64,000 nt of DNA from Enoplolaimus lenunculus (Eukaryota). The stretch spans positions 1-64,000 of the forward strand of contig JASANG010003494.1 of assembly GCA_030248215.1 (NCBI GenBank), in the 5' to 3' direction. Below, piece by piece: positions 1-12,400 of this stretch. Position 1 is the stretch's first letter. Each line of letters starts with the position of its first letter. The notes beneath the pieces are model-generated. The model had not been told where the DNA came from and did not search any database. It saw nothing but the letters and a program-made list of their open reading frames with translations. The position numbers and the translations under genes were made by a program.

Positions 1-1071
1 TATTTTCAGACAGCACATGAAATCCAAGCTGATGCCTTAATTATCCGATCCCAGATGTGTTTATATGAATTAATGTGTAAGTGAAGTCTGCCTTTTCGTA
101 GATAATGTTCGCTCAACTTCGATAGTATTAACAGATATGTGTTATTGTAGATTTTTGCTTTTATTGCGTACACTATATATTCTAAGCCTTAAAACTAATC
201 ATATTGTAACAAAAATTTATTTTATTCTTACATATTTACATATACTAGTCAATGTGGTTGCAATATTTGCAACTAATGTGACATATTTTCCGCAAAAATG
301 CCGGAACGCTACTTAAAATGTTATAGATCGCATAAACAAAAAAATTATACAAAATATTTTCGTAGAACTATACATATAATCAAAATATATTCATACAATT
401 AATTTGCATACGATCATAAACTTCAGCTGGAATGTTGCACAAAATACGTATGAGAGGGCATTAATTAACGAATGTAATCCGTAGTTGCACACATGTGCAA
501 CTATTAAAATTCACTGTTTTGGCATATGTTTAGAAGGATTTGTTCAAGTAAGTCTGTACTTAAGACGTCAAACTTAATTGCCAATTGTGTATTCCATATT
601 GCAATACTAATCTTTTATCCTGTCTGGCTTCGATAGGAATGAGGAAAATACGCGTCCCAAATTGATATGCCTGCTTACGACAATATACAAACTATATACA
701 TGTTAAAGTATGCGCATGAAGCAAACAGGTTTTGTCTTATAAAATAACAACATAAAGAAAAAGTAAAAAACAATCTTCTATCTTCAGAATTTTTCACTTA
801 CAGAGGAAAATTTGCATGGAATACAAATCTGCTGGAACGTTGTCCAAAATCGTATGTGAGGTGTTGCAGCTTTAACAGATGGTTCGGTAAGGTTCCGTAT
901 AATTTCTAGCTGCTATTCTGATTATTATGATTAAATCAGAAAGGAGCCATAACTATACAACCACCGCACATTGACGGCCGTAAATAATATTAAATAAAAG
1001 TAAAAAAATTGAAAACTACTGCATACAGATTAACCCATCGTGATAGTTCTAAAACGCAGGAATCGATCGGA

Positions 1072-1208
1072 ATTCCGATTCCGGCTAAAATTCCGGCAAA
1101 AGTTGACTTCCGATTCCGATTCCATCTAAAATTCCGGCAAAAGTTGACTTCCGATTCCGATTCCGGCTAAAATTCCGGCAAAAGTTGACTTCCGATTCCG
1201 ATTCCGGC
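1072..1208. repeat. 41-bp tandem repeat x3 within a TTCCGA-rich MITE-like element (~1057-1564)
   Basis: GTTGAC recurs at 1102, 1143, 1184. Confidence 0.85.
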
Positions 1209-3649
1209 TGATTGCTGTTCCGATGCCGGAATTCTGATTTTTCGGTTATGAGTTTTTAAGAGATTTGAACTTAGATTTTGCTTGTTTCCTTTTGTTTTGT
1301 TCGTTTGCAATTATTCTGGTGGTTTTTTAGTAAATAGTGCGAGTTGTTACGTGTATTCCGTCAGCTATATAAACAATTTTTACTGAAACTGTGAACAGTA
1401 GCGAAACAGGCATACTGCAACAAAAGTTAAAACTCATACACCTTTAATTTTTTAATAGAATTACAAAAAACTTGAATCCGATTCCAATTCCGGTTTCGAG
1501 AGATAAATTTGATTCCGATTCCGATTCCATTTACGACAAAATCTTGGTCGGGTTGGAACCCTGCTAGAAAGATACAACAAATATAGTCATACGATTTTAG
1601 AATTAACGGTCGGCTTCAGAAGATGACAAATTTCTCACTCCTTATGCTCGCTCGCACTCTTTCAACTTTAAAACACTGCCGTTTCAGCAGTAGCTCAGCA
1701 GCTGCGAGATAGGATAGCCGGCACCCTGCAGTTTTTAAGTCAAAAAATTGCATAAAGATAGATTGAATAATTTTATATGAAGATAATGCAAGTTATTTTC
1801 TTACAAAACACTAAAATTGCGTTTGGCTTTTCGTTCGCTTCGCTTACGATATTTCTTCCACTGTTCTATATAGCGCCCCAGCGTACGGGGGATCTCGTGT
1901 TTAGATCAGACGCTTCGTTTATGCCTTTCAGAGTGAAGTCTCCGCTGCAGCCCTGACTCAAAATAAAAAAGACAATGTTGCCTTGTCCGTAGCCAAGCGA
2001 CATTAAGCCCCCTGGGAAAAATGTTGCCCCCTGGAAAATTTTCAACCTTACTTGTAAGTTTGCAATGAAAACCCTTGTATACCCTTCCTGAAAAATTTTT
2101 TAGCTCCCCTAGCAAGGTGAGCTGGCTACCAGCCTGATGCACCCCTCAACCGTCTGTGTAAACAATCCAAGTGCGGCAGCGTTTTTTCCGGTTTCCACAC
2201 ACCTGTAAACTTGTACAAATTATAACTGTGAGTGGTATATAATAAATAATTTATATATATGTATATATTATATACATAATATATATATTATATATGAATA
2301 TATAATATATACATATATATAGAAAACCCCAAAAAATTTCCTTACATGCCAAAACCCCAAAAAATTTCCTTACATGCCAAAATGTTCAAACTGTATACAT
2401 TTTAAAAATGAAAAAATTATTTGAATGTTAATTTTTTCAGTCTATTCTCTCTCTCTGTATGGTACAGATAAAATTCACAAAACGACTGTGTTTCTGTATG
2501 ATGGCAGTGTTTACGTCGCGTTTTATTGACAGCTCTCAGTATAGAGCTGGTAGGAGCGGTTTTTTGTGACATTTTCACTCTAGAGATGGTTCGACTTTTG
2601 TGAACTATTTTGTGATAGAAAATCTCGGTTTGATGCAGTGGCCCATGATCAGGGGCCATGTAAAGATCAGGGGTGGAACGTTTTTCTGTGGGACAGGGAA
2701 ACGAGGATGATTAAGCTTTAGACTAAGTTTTTGCTTGGCTTAGGCTTAGGAATATGTTCATTCTTACGGTTATGCTTAGACAGCTTTAAGAATATGCTTA
2801 TAATACAGTCCGGCCCTGTTGTATACATGGGCCGATGTGGTGAAAAATTCTTTTTAACAGGTTCGTAGACAAAGGGAGAGCCAGAGGAGGAAAGACACAG
2901 CGCCCCTGGAAAAATTTTGAACGCTTCCTAGAAAACTGTCAACCTTGCTTGTAAAGTCATCAAAAACGCTTATTTGCTTCTTTTAAAAATGTTTAGCCTC
3001 ACTAGCAAGGTGAGCTGGCTACAGGCCTGTATTATACTTTAGAGATATATTTAATATGTGTGACATTAATTACCAGCTGGTGGTAGGTATTGTCACTTTT
3101 GTGCCATGGAATGGTGATTGTCAAAATGTAACAAATTCTTGTCGTTTGTTAAGCTCCCATTTCGGCACAAATTTTGAGATTCGAAGCCTACGCAGTTCTT
3201 TATTTGAAACGTTGTAACTGACTATAGGTGCTACAAAGAGTGGATGATCACTCTTTATAACAAGAGTGTGCAACATGGTACATTCTGTGTATTAAAGAAT
3301 GTGCCCGGCACGCGTTGCTTTTTTGGCCTATCCCCCCTTATTTGGGGGGGGGGGAATCGTTGAACCAATATTTTGAATTTTAGCTAAAGTCGCTCCGATT
3401 ATATTTTAACTCCTGTGTTTACTATGTAGATTAAGTGGTGACTACCCCCCAAATCAGGGAGGGTCGAGCAAAAATGCAACGCGTGCTGGTACACTTTGTG
3501 CCATGCACAGCCCAAGCAATTGCACACTCTTCTGCAAGATGGACATCATCCAATCTTGGTGCTATACACAGTTAAGAATGCGACTTTTAGGCTATTGGAA
3601 CAATACGGTCGGCACGACCGTCTTTTAGAAGTTCTGCTCAAAGTTAACA

Positions 3650-3972
3650 AAAACGCCAGGTGTTGAACCTCGGAACCCTTGCACTGTAAATTCCAATGAG
3701 TTGATTAATCAATTCATCTAGCGAGTTGGTTATTTCTGAATTAATATCAGTAAACATTAGCTCACTCTGAGTTGAGTTGATTCTCACTCTGAGTTGAGTT
3801 GACAATGGGTGATTTGATTAATTAACTCAGATTGAACTGAATCAACTAAAAATTCTGAGTTCTGATAGTCCTAACTCAGACTGAGTAATTCAACTCATTC
3901 TGAGTTAAAATCAACTCACTGAAATCTAGAGTGTGCACTCGAGCCAAACATCCAACGATTTGACCACGCGGT
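3650..3972 (-). mobile_element. tRNA-derived SINE-like element split by a MITE
   Basis: Removing 3682-3935 restores an A-box-like TGGTCAAATCG, a B-box-like GGTTCAACACC and a T run. Confidence 0.45.
3682..3933 (+). mobile_element. CAC-ended MITE with GAGTTGA subrepeats (CMC/EnSpm-like)
   Basis: TIR CACTGTAAATT, 2-bp TSD TG. Related copies at ~7525-7778 and ~40860-40992. Confidence 0.8.
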
Positions 3973-4559
3973 TGATTGAAATAACTTATGCCGTATAGCT
4001 ATGTAACAACTCCACGAATGTAGGCAGGCCGGATAAGATTATTTTGACGCGGGTTGACTTGTGGGCAAAGCATTTCAAAGCACGGGAAAATTAGAAATTT
4101 GTGATTCTTTACTTACCGACCCTAGTATTATGGTAAAAACAGACGTCTTGCATATGGCTCATCGCTGACGGACTCTTATTAGGGATACGGCTCGTATTGA
4201 TTTGGACTCAAAATGGGGACCCCCTCCTTACTACCCCCTTCTTATTTGGTTCATTATAGTAGGTTCGTTTGCAACACTTTTTATAACAGATCTGGTTAGC
4301 TGAGTTATGTCGCTTTAAATTGACAACTATCAAATAAAGCTGGTATGTTTTTCGACACTTTGACTATAGTTGTTTCGAGTTTTGCGAACTTTTTCATGAT
4401 AGAAAATCAGGCTTTGATGCAATTAAAATTTCTATTTCACTCAAGTAAAACTAAGACTGGTATACACCTTGGTTTATGCTTAGACAACTTGTGGCATAAA
4501 CAGAGCTTGTATGTGGCGTTACCGTTACGAGAAGAGTTGGTGGTTTGTTTTGTGACAAT

Positions 4560-5200
4560 CCGACCAGAAAAGTTTCGGGTCTTTTCGGTTATCCTTCCTC
4601 AGCCGGCGTTTGCATAAAAATGGCTGGATTTTGAAATTTTTTGTATATTTTACTTCTAATTATCTCTCTTAATCATTTCACGCCATGGTTGAATTTTTGA
4701 AATATTTTTCAAAGTCCAGAGGTCCCCCACCACCTACTTGAGATCCAAAAATATTTTTGTCAAAAGTTACACAAAGTTTATATCATCCGACGCAAGTTGC
4801 CGAGCCGAGTTGATTGGTGTTAAATTTGCTCGCAATCAGACGTCTGGCAAACCAGTTATGGTCGAATAATAGATTTGGCGCAGTCCCAAATCGTTGGCAG
4901 TAAGCTAAATCAGTTATTTGACCATAACTGGTTAGCCAGTTGTCTGATTGCGAAAAAGTTAAAACCATTCTACTTAGTCCTGCAAGCTGCAACGAATGAT
5001 ATATAATTTGTGTGACTTTTTGACAAAAAATTTTTGCAGGCCCAAGGGGGACCTTGGGGGTCTTGGAAAATCGAATTTTTCAAAAATCCAAATTTTGGCA
5101 TGAAATGATCAGGTGAGGTAATGAGAAGCTCAAAAGTGCCAAAAATTTTCAAAACCCAACCATTTTTCGGCAAACGCCGGTTCTGTGGATAACCAAAAAC
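4560..5200. mobile_element. TIR element with AAAAATGGTTGGATTTTGAAAATTTT arms
   Basis: Inverted arms; relatives at ~6790-7200, ~17450-17690, ~40450 and ~44190. Ends approximate. Confidence 0.7.
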
Positions 5201-5461
5201 ACACAAAATTTTATGTTCAGCAAACTGTTTTGACAGAAAAACCAGTTTTAGTACAACTTAATATTTCTATCAATTTAGGCTTAGGCTAAGGCAAAGAATT
5301 AATACTAATCTTTCGTTAAGCTTAACAGCTCGTTTTGCTCGCGACCTTCTGTCGCTATTATATATCACACGGTGGCAGCGGTACTGTGGCCAATTTCTGA
5401 ATCCACCAATCATAAGACGGAGTACTAACATTAGCGCAGGAGTATAGTTCTAAACAATCTA

Positions 5462-5660
5462 AACTGTAAAAAATGGGGAGTCAAATTTACTCTCTCGGAA
5501 ACAGGCTTTTCCTGTCTACGCAAACTGAGTCAAATTTGACTCCGCCAGAGTCAACCGTGAATCGAATTTGTCTCTGGCGGAGTCAAATTTGACTCAGTTT
5601 GCGTAGTCAGGAAAAGTCTGTTTCCGAGAGAGTCAATTTGACTCCCCATTTTTTACAGTG
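5462..5660. mobile_element. 199-bp near-perfect palindromic MITE
   Basis: Whole element folds back; ends TTTTTTACAGTG; TA on both sides. Confidence 0.85.
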
Positions 5661-8600
5661 TAATAGCGTACATATTTTTACATGTTTTAAATTTCAATAA
5701 GTATAATCGCATGCAGTTACGGGTCTTGGATTACTCGACCCATGTTACTTTAAGGGGCGTTCAGGTTTGTGGTTTTAGATTCTAGAATACATTTTTTTGC
5801 TTAGACTTAGGCTTAGGCTTAGGAATTGATTTTTGCAACGCTTAGGCATCAGGCTTAGAAACACGCTTAATCTGCAGTTACGCCCCTTAAAGTAACATTG
5901 GCCGATAGCTCGGTAGGAGACATTCGATAACAACTCCGACATGCACAGTTGTAATTTACTTCGATACTCATGGCAACTTTTCAACCGAATGAATCTAAGA
6001 ATTTAAATTTTTTGGTTCAAATTTTCAAAAAATATGCTTGCACTAATTTTGTGGAAAGCGTAAGACGAAACTCCTGACACGTTTCATAGTTGGTCTGTCA
6101 GTAGGTTTAAAAATTACGCGATCAGGAGCTCGGTGGAGGGTGGGAGGATCTTGATCCATAGAAGTCCCCCTAGATCCGTCGTAAATCGCGTGAATACACT
6201 GGTAAACTGGTTTTGTATGGACACTTTAACCTAGTTATATTTAATACATTGAAAGTCTTACTCGTGTGATATGAACATACCATCAGGATTATACGGACAC
6301 ACTCGGTTTATATCGACTCAGGTTCTTGTAGCCCGAGTGTCCATATAAATCCCAGTTTACCCAATGCGTCCCTGATCTCGTTTGAAACCGACGGCTCCAT
6401 TAATACTAAAGCTGACTCCAAAAAACGATATCCCTCCCTCGTCAAAATCAAAGCGCAACAGTTATGAACAACATTTTGACAAATTTATATTGCAAATTTG
6501 CGGTTGTATTGCATAAAGCGCACAATTATAACATACCTCTATTCATCATTGCAATACGGTTGTTTATTATATTGCAACATCTTGTTCGATACAACAATAA
6601 AACCACTGACGTTTTTTGGTGTTGTTTCTGTCGTGTTTTGTGAAAAATTTTGCAAAATAATCTGCCAACACCCACTGTGCTACCCTTTGTTTCAATTGTG
6701 ACATTGTTGTTCTTGCTTCCGGTTGTCTCGGGGCGGATAATTAAGAGGCAACTCAGGGCAATCAGTTGGTCTAAAATGTTTATGGATCAGTTCTGGTTAT
6801 TCCCATAGCCGGCAATTGTCCAAAAATGGTTGGATTTTGAAAATTTTTGCATATTTGAGCTTCTTATAGCCTATTTGTTAGTTGCGCTGTCAAGGATTTA
6901 GGACGGCGACAAATCAGATTATTGGACCATTCCTAGCCGGACGTCTGATTGCACAAAATTGAACACCGTTCAATTCTGATCTGCATGCTGCGTCGAATGG
7001 TGTATAGCTTAACTTTTTGAAATAAATTTTTCGGGTTCCGAGGGACACCGTAAGACCTTGAAAAATTAAAATTGTCAAAAATTAATATTTGGGCGTGAAA
7101 TGAACAGGAAAGGTCATGAGAAGCTCAAATATGCAAAAATTTCAAAATCCAACCATTTTTGAGCAAACACCGGCTGGTGGAATAAGCGAAAGGACCCTGA
7201 ATTTTGACTGTTCTCGAATATTTTTTGCTGCTTGTATAAAAGATATGGTTTCCTGGCGCTTAGCTTGGGCTTCATTTCAGAAGGTATAACCTTTGGACTC
7301 ACGAATAGCAACTTATTACAAAACCTGATGGAAGCTCCACTTTTCTCTTCTGTACACGGATCCGTAGCCAGACCAGACCCGTAGCTAGCTCACCATGCTA
7401 GAGGGGGCTAAAAAATTTTCAAGAGGAGCATACAAGGGTTTTCAATGACTCACAAGGAAGGTTAAAAATTTTCTACGGGGGCCAAAATTTTTCCAGGGGA
7501 GGCTGAGCCCCCCTGGCCTACCACTACTGTGTAAATCCCAGTGAGTTGATTTCAACTCACAGTGAGTCGAATCACTCAATCTGAGTTAGAATTTTAAGAA
7601 CTCAGAATTCTGAGTCAATATAGCTCACTCTGATTTAATTATTCGACTCATCCGGAATCAACTGAACTCAGAGCGGGTATTAACTCAACTCAGAGTGAGT
7701 TAATGTTTACTGTTACTAACTCAGAAATAACTAACTCTCCAGCTGAGTTGATTAATCAACTCATTGGAATTTGCAGTGCAGGCTACGGGCCCGATCCAGA
7801 GGGTGGCCAAAAGGGCTCAGCCTTCTCTAGAATAATTTTGCCCTTCTAGGAAACATACAGTTCTGCGAACCATAAGTAATTCGTCAGATATATAAAAAAT
7901 TACTAAACTTGCAACTGCAAACATTTGCACGTTCGAATAGTAAGGCACTTTTAAACAATAATGCGCTTTAGGTTTTATGGTTCCAGTTGTATCATTTAGC
8001 ATATTACAAGTTTAGACGTTTCTGGTCCAAATTTGGGTTCAGGCTCAAAACAAACCGTTTTTAGTTGTTAAAGTTGTACCAGAGAGCCGACCGTTTGCCC
8101 AAAAACGGCACATTCCGGCATGAATGTAAAGTTTTTAGGCATGTTTAGGTGATTTATTAAAGACAAAGATTGGTGCTTGTCTTGGTTTTGAGCTAGATTT
8201 GTTATCGACTCCGGCTCGTAGCAAGCTCTCACCTTGCTAGGGTGGCAAAAAATTGCCAGGATAGGCATACAAGGGTTTTCAATGACTTACACGCAAGGTT
8301 GAAAGTTCTGTAGGGGGGAACAAAATTCTACTGTTACCGCCGTTCAAAGTAACGTTGACTATGAAAAGTGTATGAATGGAATATTTTAGCTTATATGTTT
8401 TAACTTGAGTTTTATTTTAACATTTAAATAAACACAAATCGAACTTCACGTTTTGTTGTTCTTGATCTTAGGTTGAACTGAACTGGCGTTGAGATTTTTC
8501 TAACTTTTTTTCCGAATGTCCTACTTTTAAGACAAACATATTGTTTGGCATGGTCGCTTCGGGAATATTTTGCCTGGGTAAAACCAAAGTGATGTCTTGT

Positions 8601-8850
8601 GGCGAAAACTTTAAATACGCGTTAGGGTTGCGCTATGCGTGTCGCGTGTCATCTGGCGCCGGCGCGCGGCAGTGCGCGGGATGCAGTGAAAATTTTTTAT
8701 TAAAAAATTTCTTTTGCGCGGCACCAAATTGATTTTGCCTATATTTTTGTTAGCAACGCATAGCGGCGTGCAACGACGCGCGTCGAGTATAGCGCAACCC
8801 TAATAAATTCGTTATTTTTACTCCGTATATCTAACATATATAACAATTGC

Positions 8851-9021
8851 GGGCCATGTAAAGATCAGGGACGGAACGTTTTTCTGTGGGACTGCAATAG
8901 AATAGCTTGAGTTTTAGACTAATTTTTTGCTTGGGTTAGGCTTAGGCTTAGGAATATACTCATTATTACCCTTGGGCTTAGGCTTATAATACTGTTCTGG
9001 CCCCTGTTCTTTACATTGGTC
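8851..9021 (+). mobile_element. TTAGGC-containing MITE (GGCC-ended family)
   Basis: TIR GG(G/C)CCATGTAAAGA.CAGGG and perfect 8-bp TSD ACAATTGC. Other copies or fragments near 2654, 5800, 17340, 18071, 19613, 22800, 27700, 28300, 39619, 41865, 42140, 43128, 52378, 59990, 63356. Confidence 0.85.
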
Positions 9022-9440
9022 ACAATTGCTAATGAACCATAAATATCGAATCAGCTGCACTCGCTCTGCAAACACCTGTCGGCACCCACGATCGTTGGCT
9101 ATCTCCAGGACCGCAGCAGCCACACCCATACCCCCCTTTTGGGGGCCCCCTCTCCTAAATGGGTCCCCACCCTAACCGGTTGAAACAAAAAACCGCCGAA
9201 GTTTCAAAATGCGTCTGGCTTCTCGCTCGCGTTACTGGCTATCTTCGAAAATTTCAGCCTATAAATTTTTTAAAAATAGTGTATTTTGTTGCATATTTGT
9301 AACATTAATTATAATGAAGCAAGTATTACAATTATTGCCTGGTCGAAGTTTATTTTGAGGATGCGGACGGAAAAACATGATTATTTTCGGTAAATGTTCG
9401 CTGGCGGGTTGCCAAAGTATATAGTTATTCGACGCAAACA

Positions 9441-9467
9441 ATGCCCTCGATTCGAAAGCGAGTGCAG
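9441..9467 (+). CDS. PP2C-like gene exon 1 (MPSIRKRVQ)
   Basis: aacaATG start and CAG|GTAAGA donor. Joins exon 2 in phase 0 to give the MPS.RKRV...IRQLS start I recall for CG9801-like proteins. Confidence 0.8.
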
Positions 9468-12400
9468 GTAAGATATATCATAAATATTATATATAATATA
9501 TAATATATATAATATATAATATGTACATTGTTTTTAAGGCACATCAGAGTAACGTGTACAAGGAGAGGGATCTATATCCTATCCCCAAAATTTCTGGGGA
9601 AACTAGAAAAATAGGCAGCTTTGCCAGTTTTAGAGTAAACAAATTAATTTTTACTGGTTAAAAATTTACCTCGTTGCCTATTCTCGAGCGCAATAAGATT
9701 TCTCAACCAGTTTGAATATTGTCCTGAAATGAAATGCTGTTTACGTCCTTGGCGTCACGTGTTATTCATTTGTTGGGTTTGTGAAACACCTACTCACAAG
9801 TACTTATGTGCTAAGCAACTACTTAACCAATTTTACTGTTTCTAAGATTGCAATTTTAAAGTATACAAACACTTGAATCACAGCCCAAATTTGATGTAGT
9901 GCCAGTTCAGGTATACCACCATGCCACCGAAAACACTAAAAGGTCGAGTTAACACGTGGCAAATTTCAAAATTGTTAGTGTTTTAGGTGCTAAAATGAAA
10001 TTTTTTATTGTGAACGATGCACAGTTACTATAAGTCAGGTTTCGGAAACCCGACTATTAGTTCATGGGTATATATAATAGCTCTTGCTCATGTATACCTG
10101 CTACTGTTTTGGCTTCAAGTTCCGGAATTAACTCATGGGTTAAAACATTGTTCATCGGTCACAACGGTCGCTTGCAAAAAAACACCAGGTGACTTTTGAG
10201 GGAGTAGTGTGATGAACGCTGAAGCCAAAAATCTTCAGTATGCAGCACACTGAAACCAAGAACGCTTCAGTGCGCTGCATACTCTCTAAAACCTTAAACT
10301 AACTTTATTTAAGCTTAAGCTAATCCACCAGTATTAAACTAACTTTCTAGATTAACAAAACTAACTGGTAGGCTTATGCTTAAACTCATTTAAAATCTTA
10401 CTTATTTTCAGTTTAAGCTAAACTTAATGAACTCTTAGATACACTGGCTGCACTTGTTACTTAATCTAAAAATAAGTTTACTTAAACTCGTGTTAAACTG
10501 AAAAACACGTTAGTTTAAGTAAAACTTAAAATTTAAGTTTAGTTAGTCCTTCCAGCCATTTAAGTTCTACTTAAACTAATATTCAAGTTTAGTTAAGCTA
10601 TAATTTAAGTTTAAGTTTTTAGAGAGTACTGATTGGTTTACGAATGATATTACGGAAATTGCATTATATTTCAGGGCTTAATTCGTCAATTATCACATAC
10701 CAACGACATAGTGACGGACTTCGATGACGTTGATGAGACTCAGTGTCCGAGTGATGATTCGGATTCACAGTCGCAACAAACGTCCTTAGTTTCGTTATAT
10801 TTGAAGAAGTTAGATTTTTTGCTATTAATCTTTATTAGGCCGGCATGTTAATAGAGGGCGGCAGCATCTCATTTGAACCCAATATCCACTGTTCACAGAC
10901 TCCAGTGCGCCACCGGATATCTAGTTCCGACTCCGGCGGAGGTTTGGTCGAACTGTGACCGGTAGTTCCGGAAAATTTGGCAGTGATACTTTCGCGTACA
11001 TTTGTGCAATTTTGTCATTCAGTGAGTCTGTTCTGTAAGTGCATGACTGCCATAAAAGGTTTAACTGTTGCTATGCAAAATGAAATTTGAAAAGCAATTT
11101 TAACAATATTTGGCAGTTTAGTGTTAATCATATCGAATTCAGCGTCATGATTATTACCGAATTATGCTTTGACTTCGGCTCCGGTTCCAGCTCCGGCAAA
11201 GTTTCTTGACCTCAGGATCCGGCTCAGGTTTTTTTGCGCGTCCGGGTTTTTTCAGCTGCGGTGGCACAAAAATAAGTTCCCATGGTTGTAAATTTGAACG
11301 AAAATACCGTAGTACCAAATTGTTGCTTGCAAATGCATGCAGTTATCATCGTATGCCTTTGCAACTTGCATCTTGCATTTACAAGTTTTGTTCGAAATCC
11401 CTAACACAACGCTTGCAATTGCAACTTAGTGTTGCACGTTCAGAGTGCTGTTTGCTAATAGGTACTTTCTGGTGTAATGTAGTGACCCGAATAAAGGGGG
11501 TAAGGGGTGGTCCCCATTTTGAGTCCCAATCAATAGTAGTCTGTATCCCTAATACGAGTCCGTAAGCGGATATAGAGTCCCTCAGTTCTAATTACAGTTC
11601 ATAAATGTCAATTATCCTTAATTGCAGTGCATAAATGACCCCAGGACCAAATATAGTTTAGTTCGAAACTTTAAAGCGCACTTAAGTTTTCAAAGTATAT
11701 TTCTAAGTATAACCTTACATTATCGCTCAAACTTTTGATACAAGACACATAAGCGATTAATTCAACGAATATATAGTTGCAGTACCGAATATATGTTGGT
11801 AACGAACGGCGCCGGAGGGCGGGTTAAAAATAAATAACAGTCCGTAACAGAAAACAAAGGGGGTTCCTCTGGAGAGGCCAAATAAATATCATTCCACCAC
11901 CTCTTATTAGGGTCACTACAGTACGTTGCAGTTGCTAGTTCTCGATGCAAAAACTTGCGATATAAGTATATGGTGTATGCTTTGATTCAGGAAATTAAAA
12001 CGACAAACTCAGCCAGAAGTATACTACGACAAAGCTGGTTTAGATTTACCAGTACTGCAAGTTGTTAATTTTCGCGATGACGTCTTCGCGAGCTATTCCG
12101 GGCCTGAAACCGGTGCTGCTCAGGTGAGTTGTTGATCTATGGCCGCTAGTTGATCCAAAGGGTCTCCAGGCACTGCCGAGACCCGCCAACACTGACCAAA
12201 GGAATGTTTTGTTCAAAGATGTAATTTTTCTTACTGGTTTCGTTCGCGAGATCTTATATATCGCGCACGTTCACGTCAGACGTTCTAGATCCAGCGAAAC
12301 CTATGGCTTCAACCATAGCTCCAGCTGGACAATTAAGATAGAGTTGAAACCTATTTCTATGTCTGACATCAAAGCCATATCAAATTTTAACCTGATTAAC

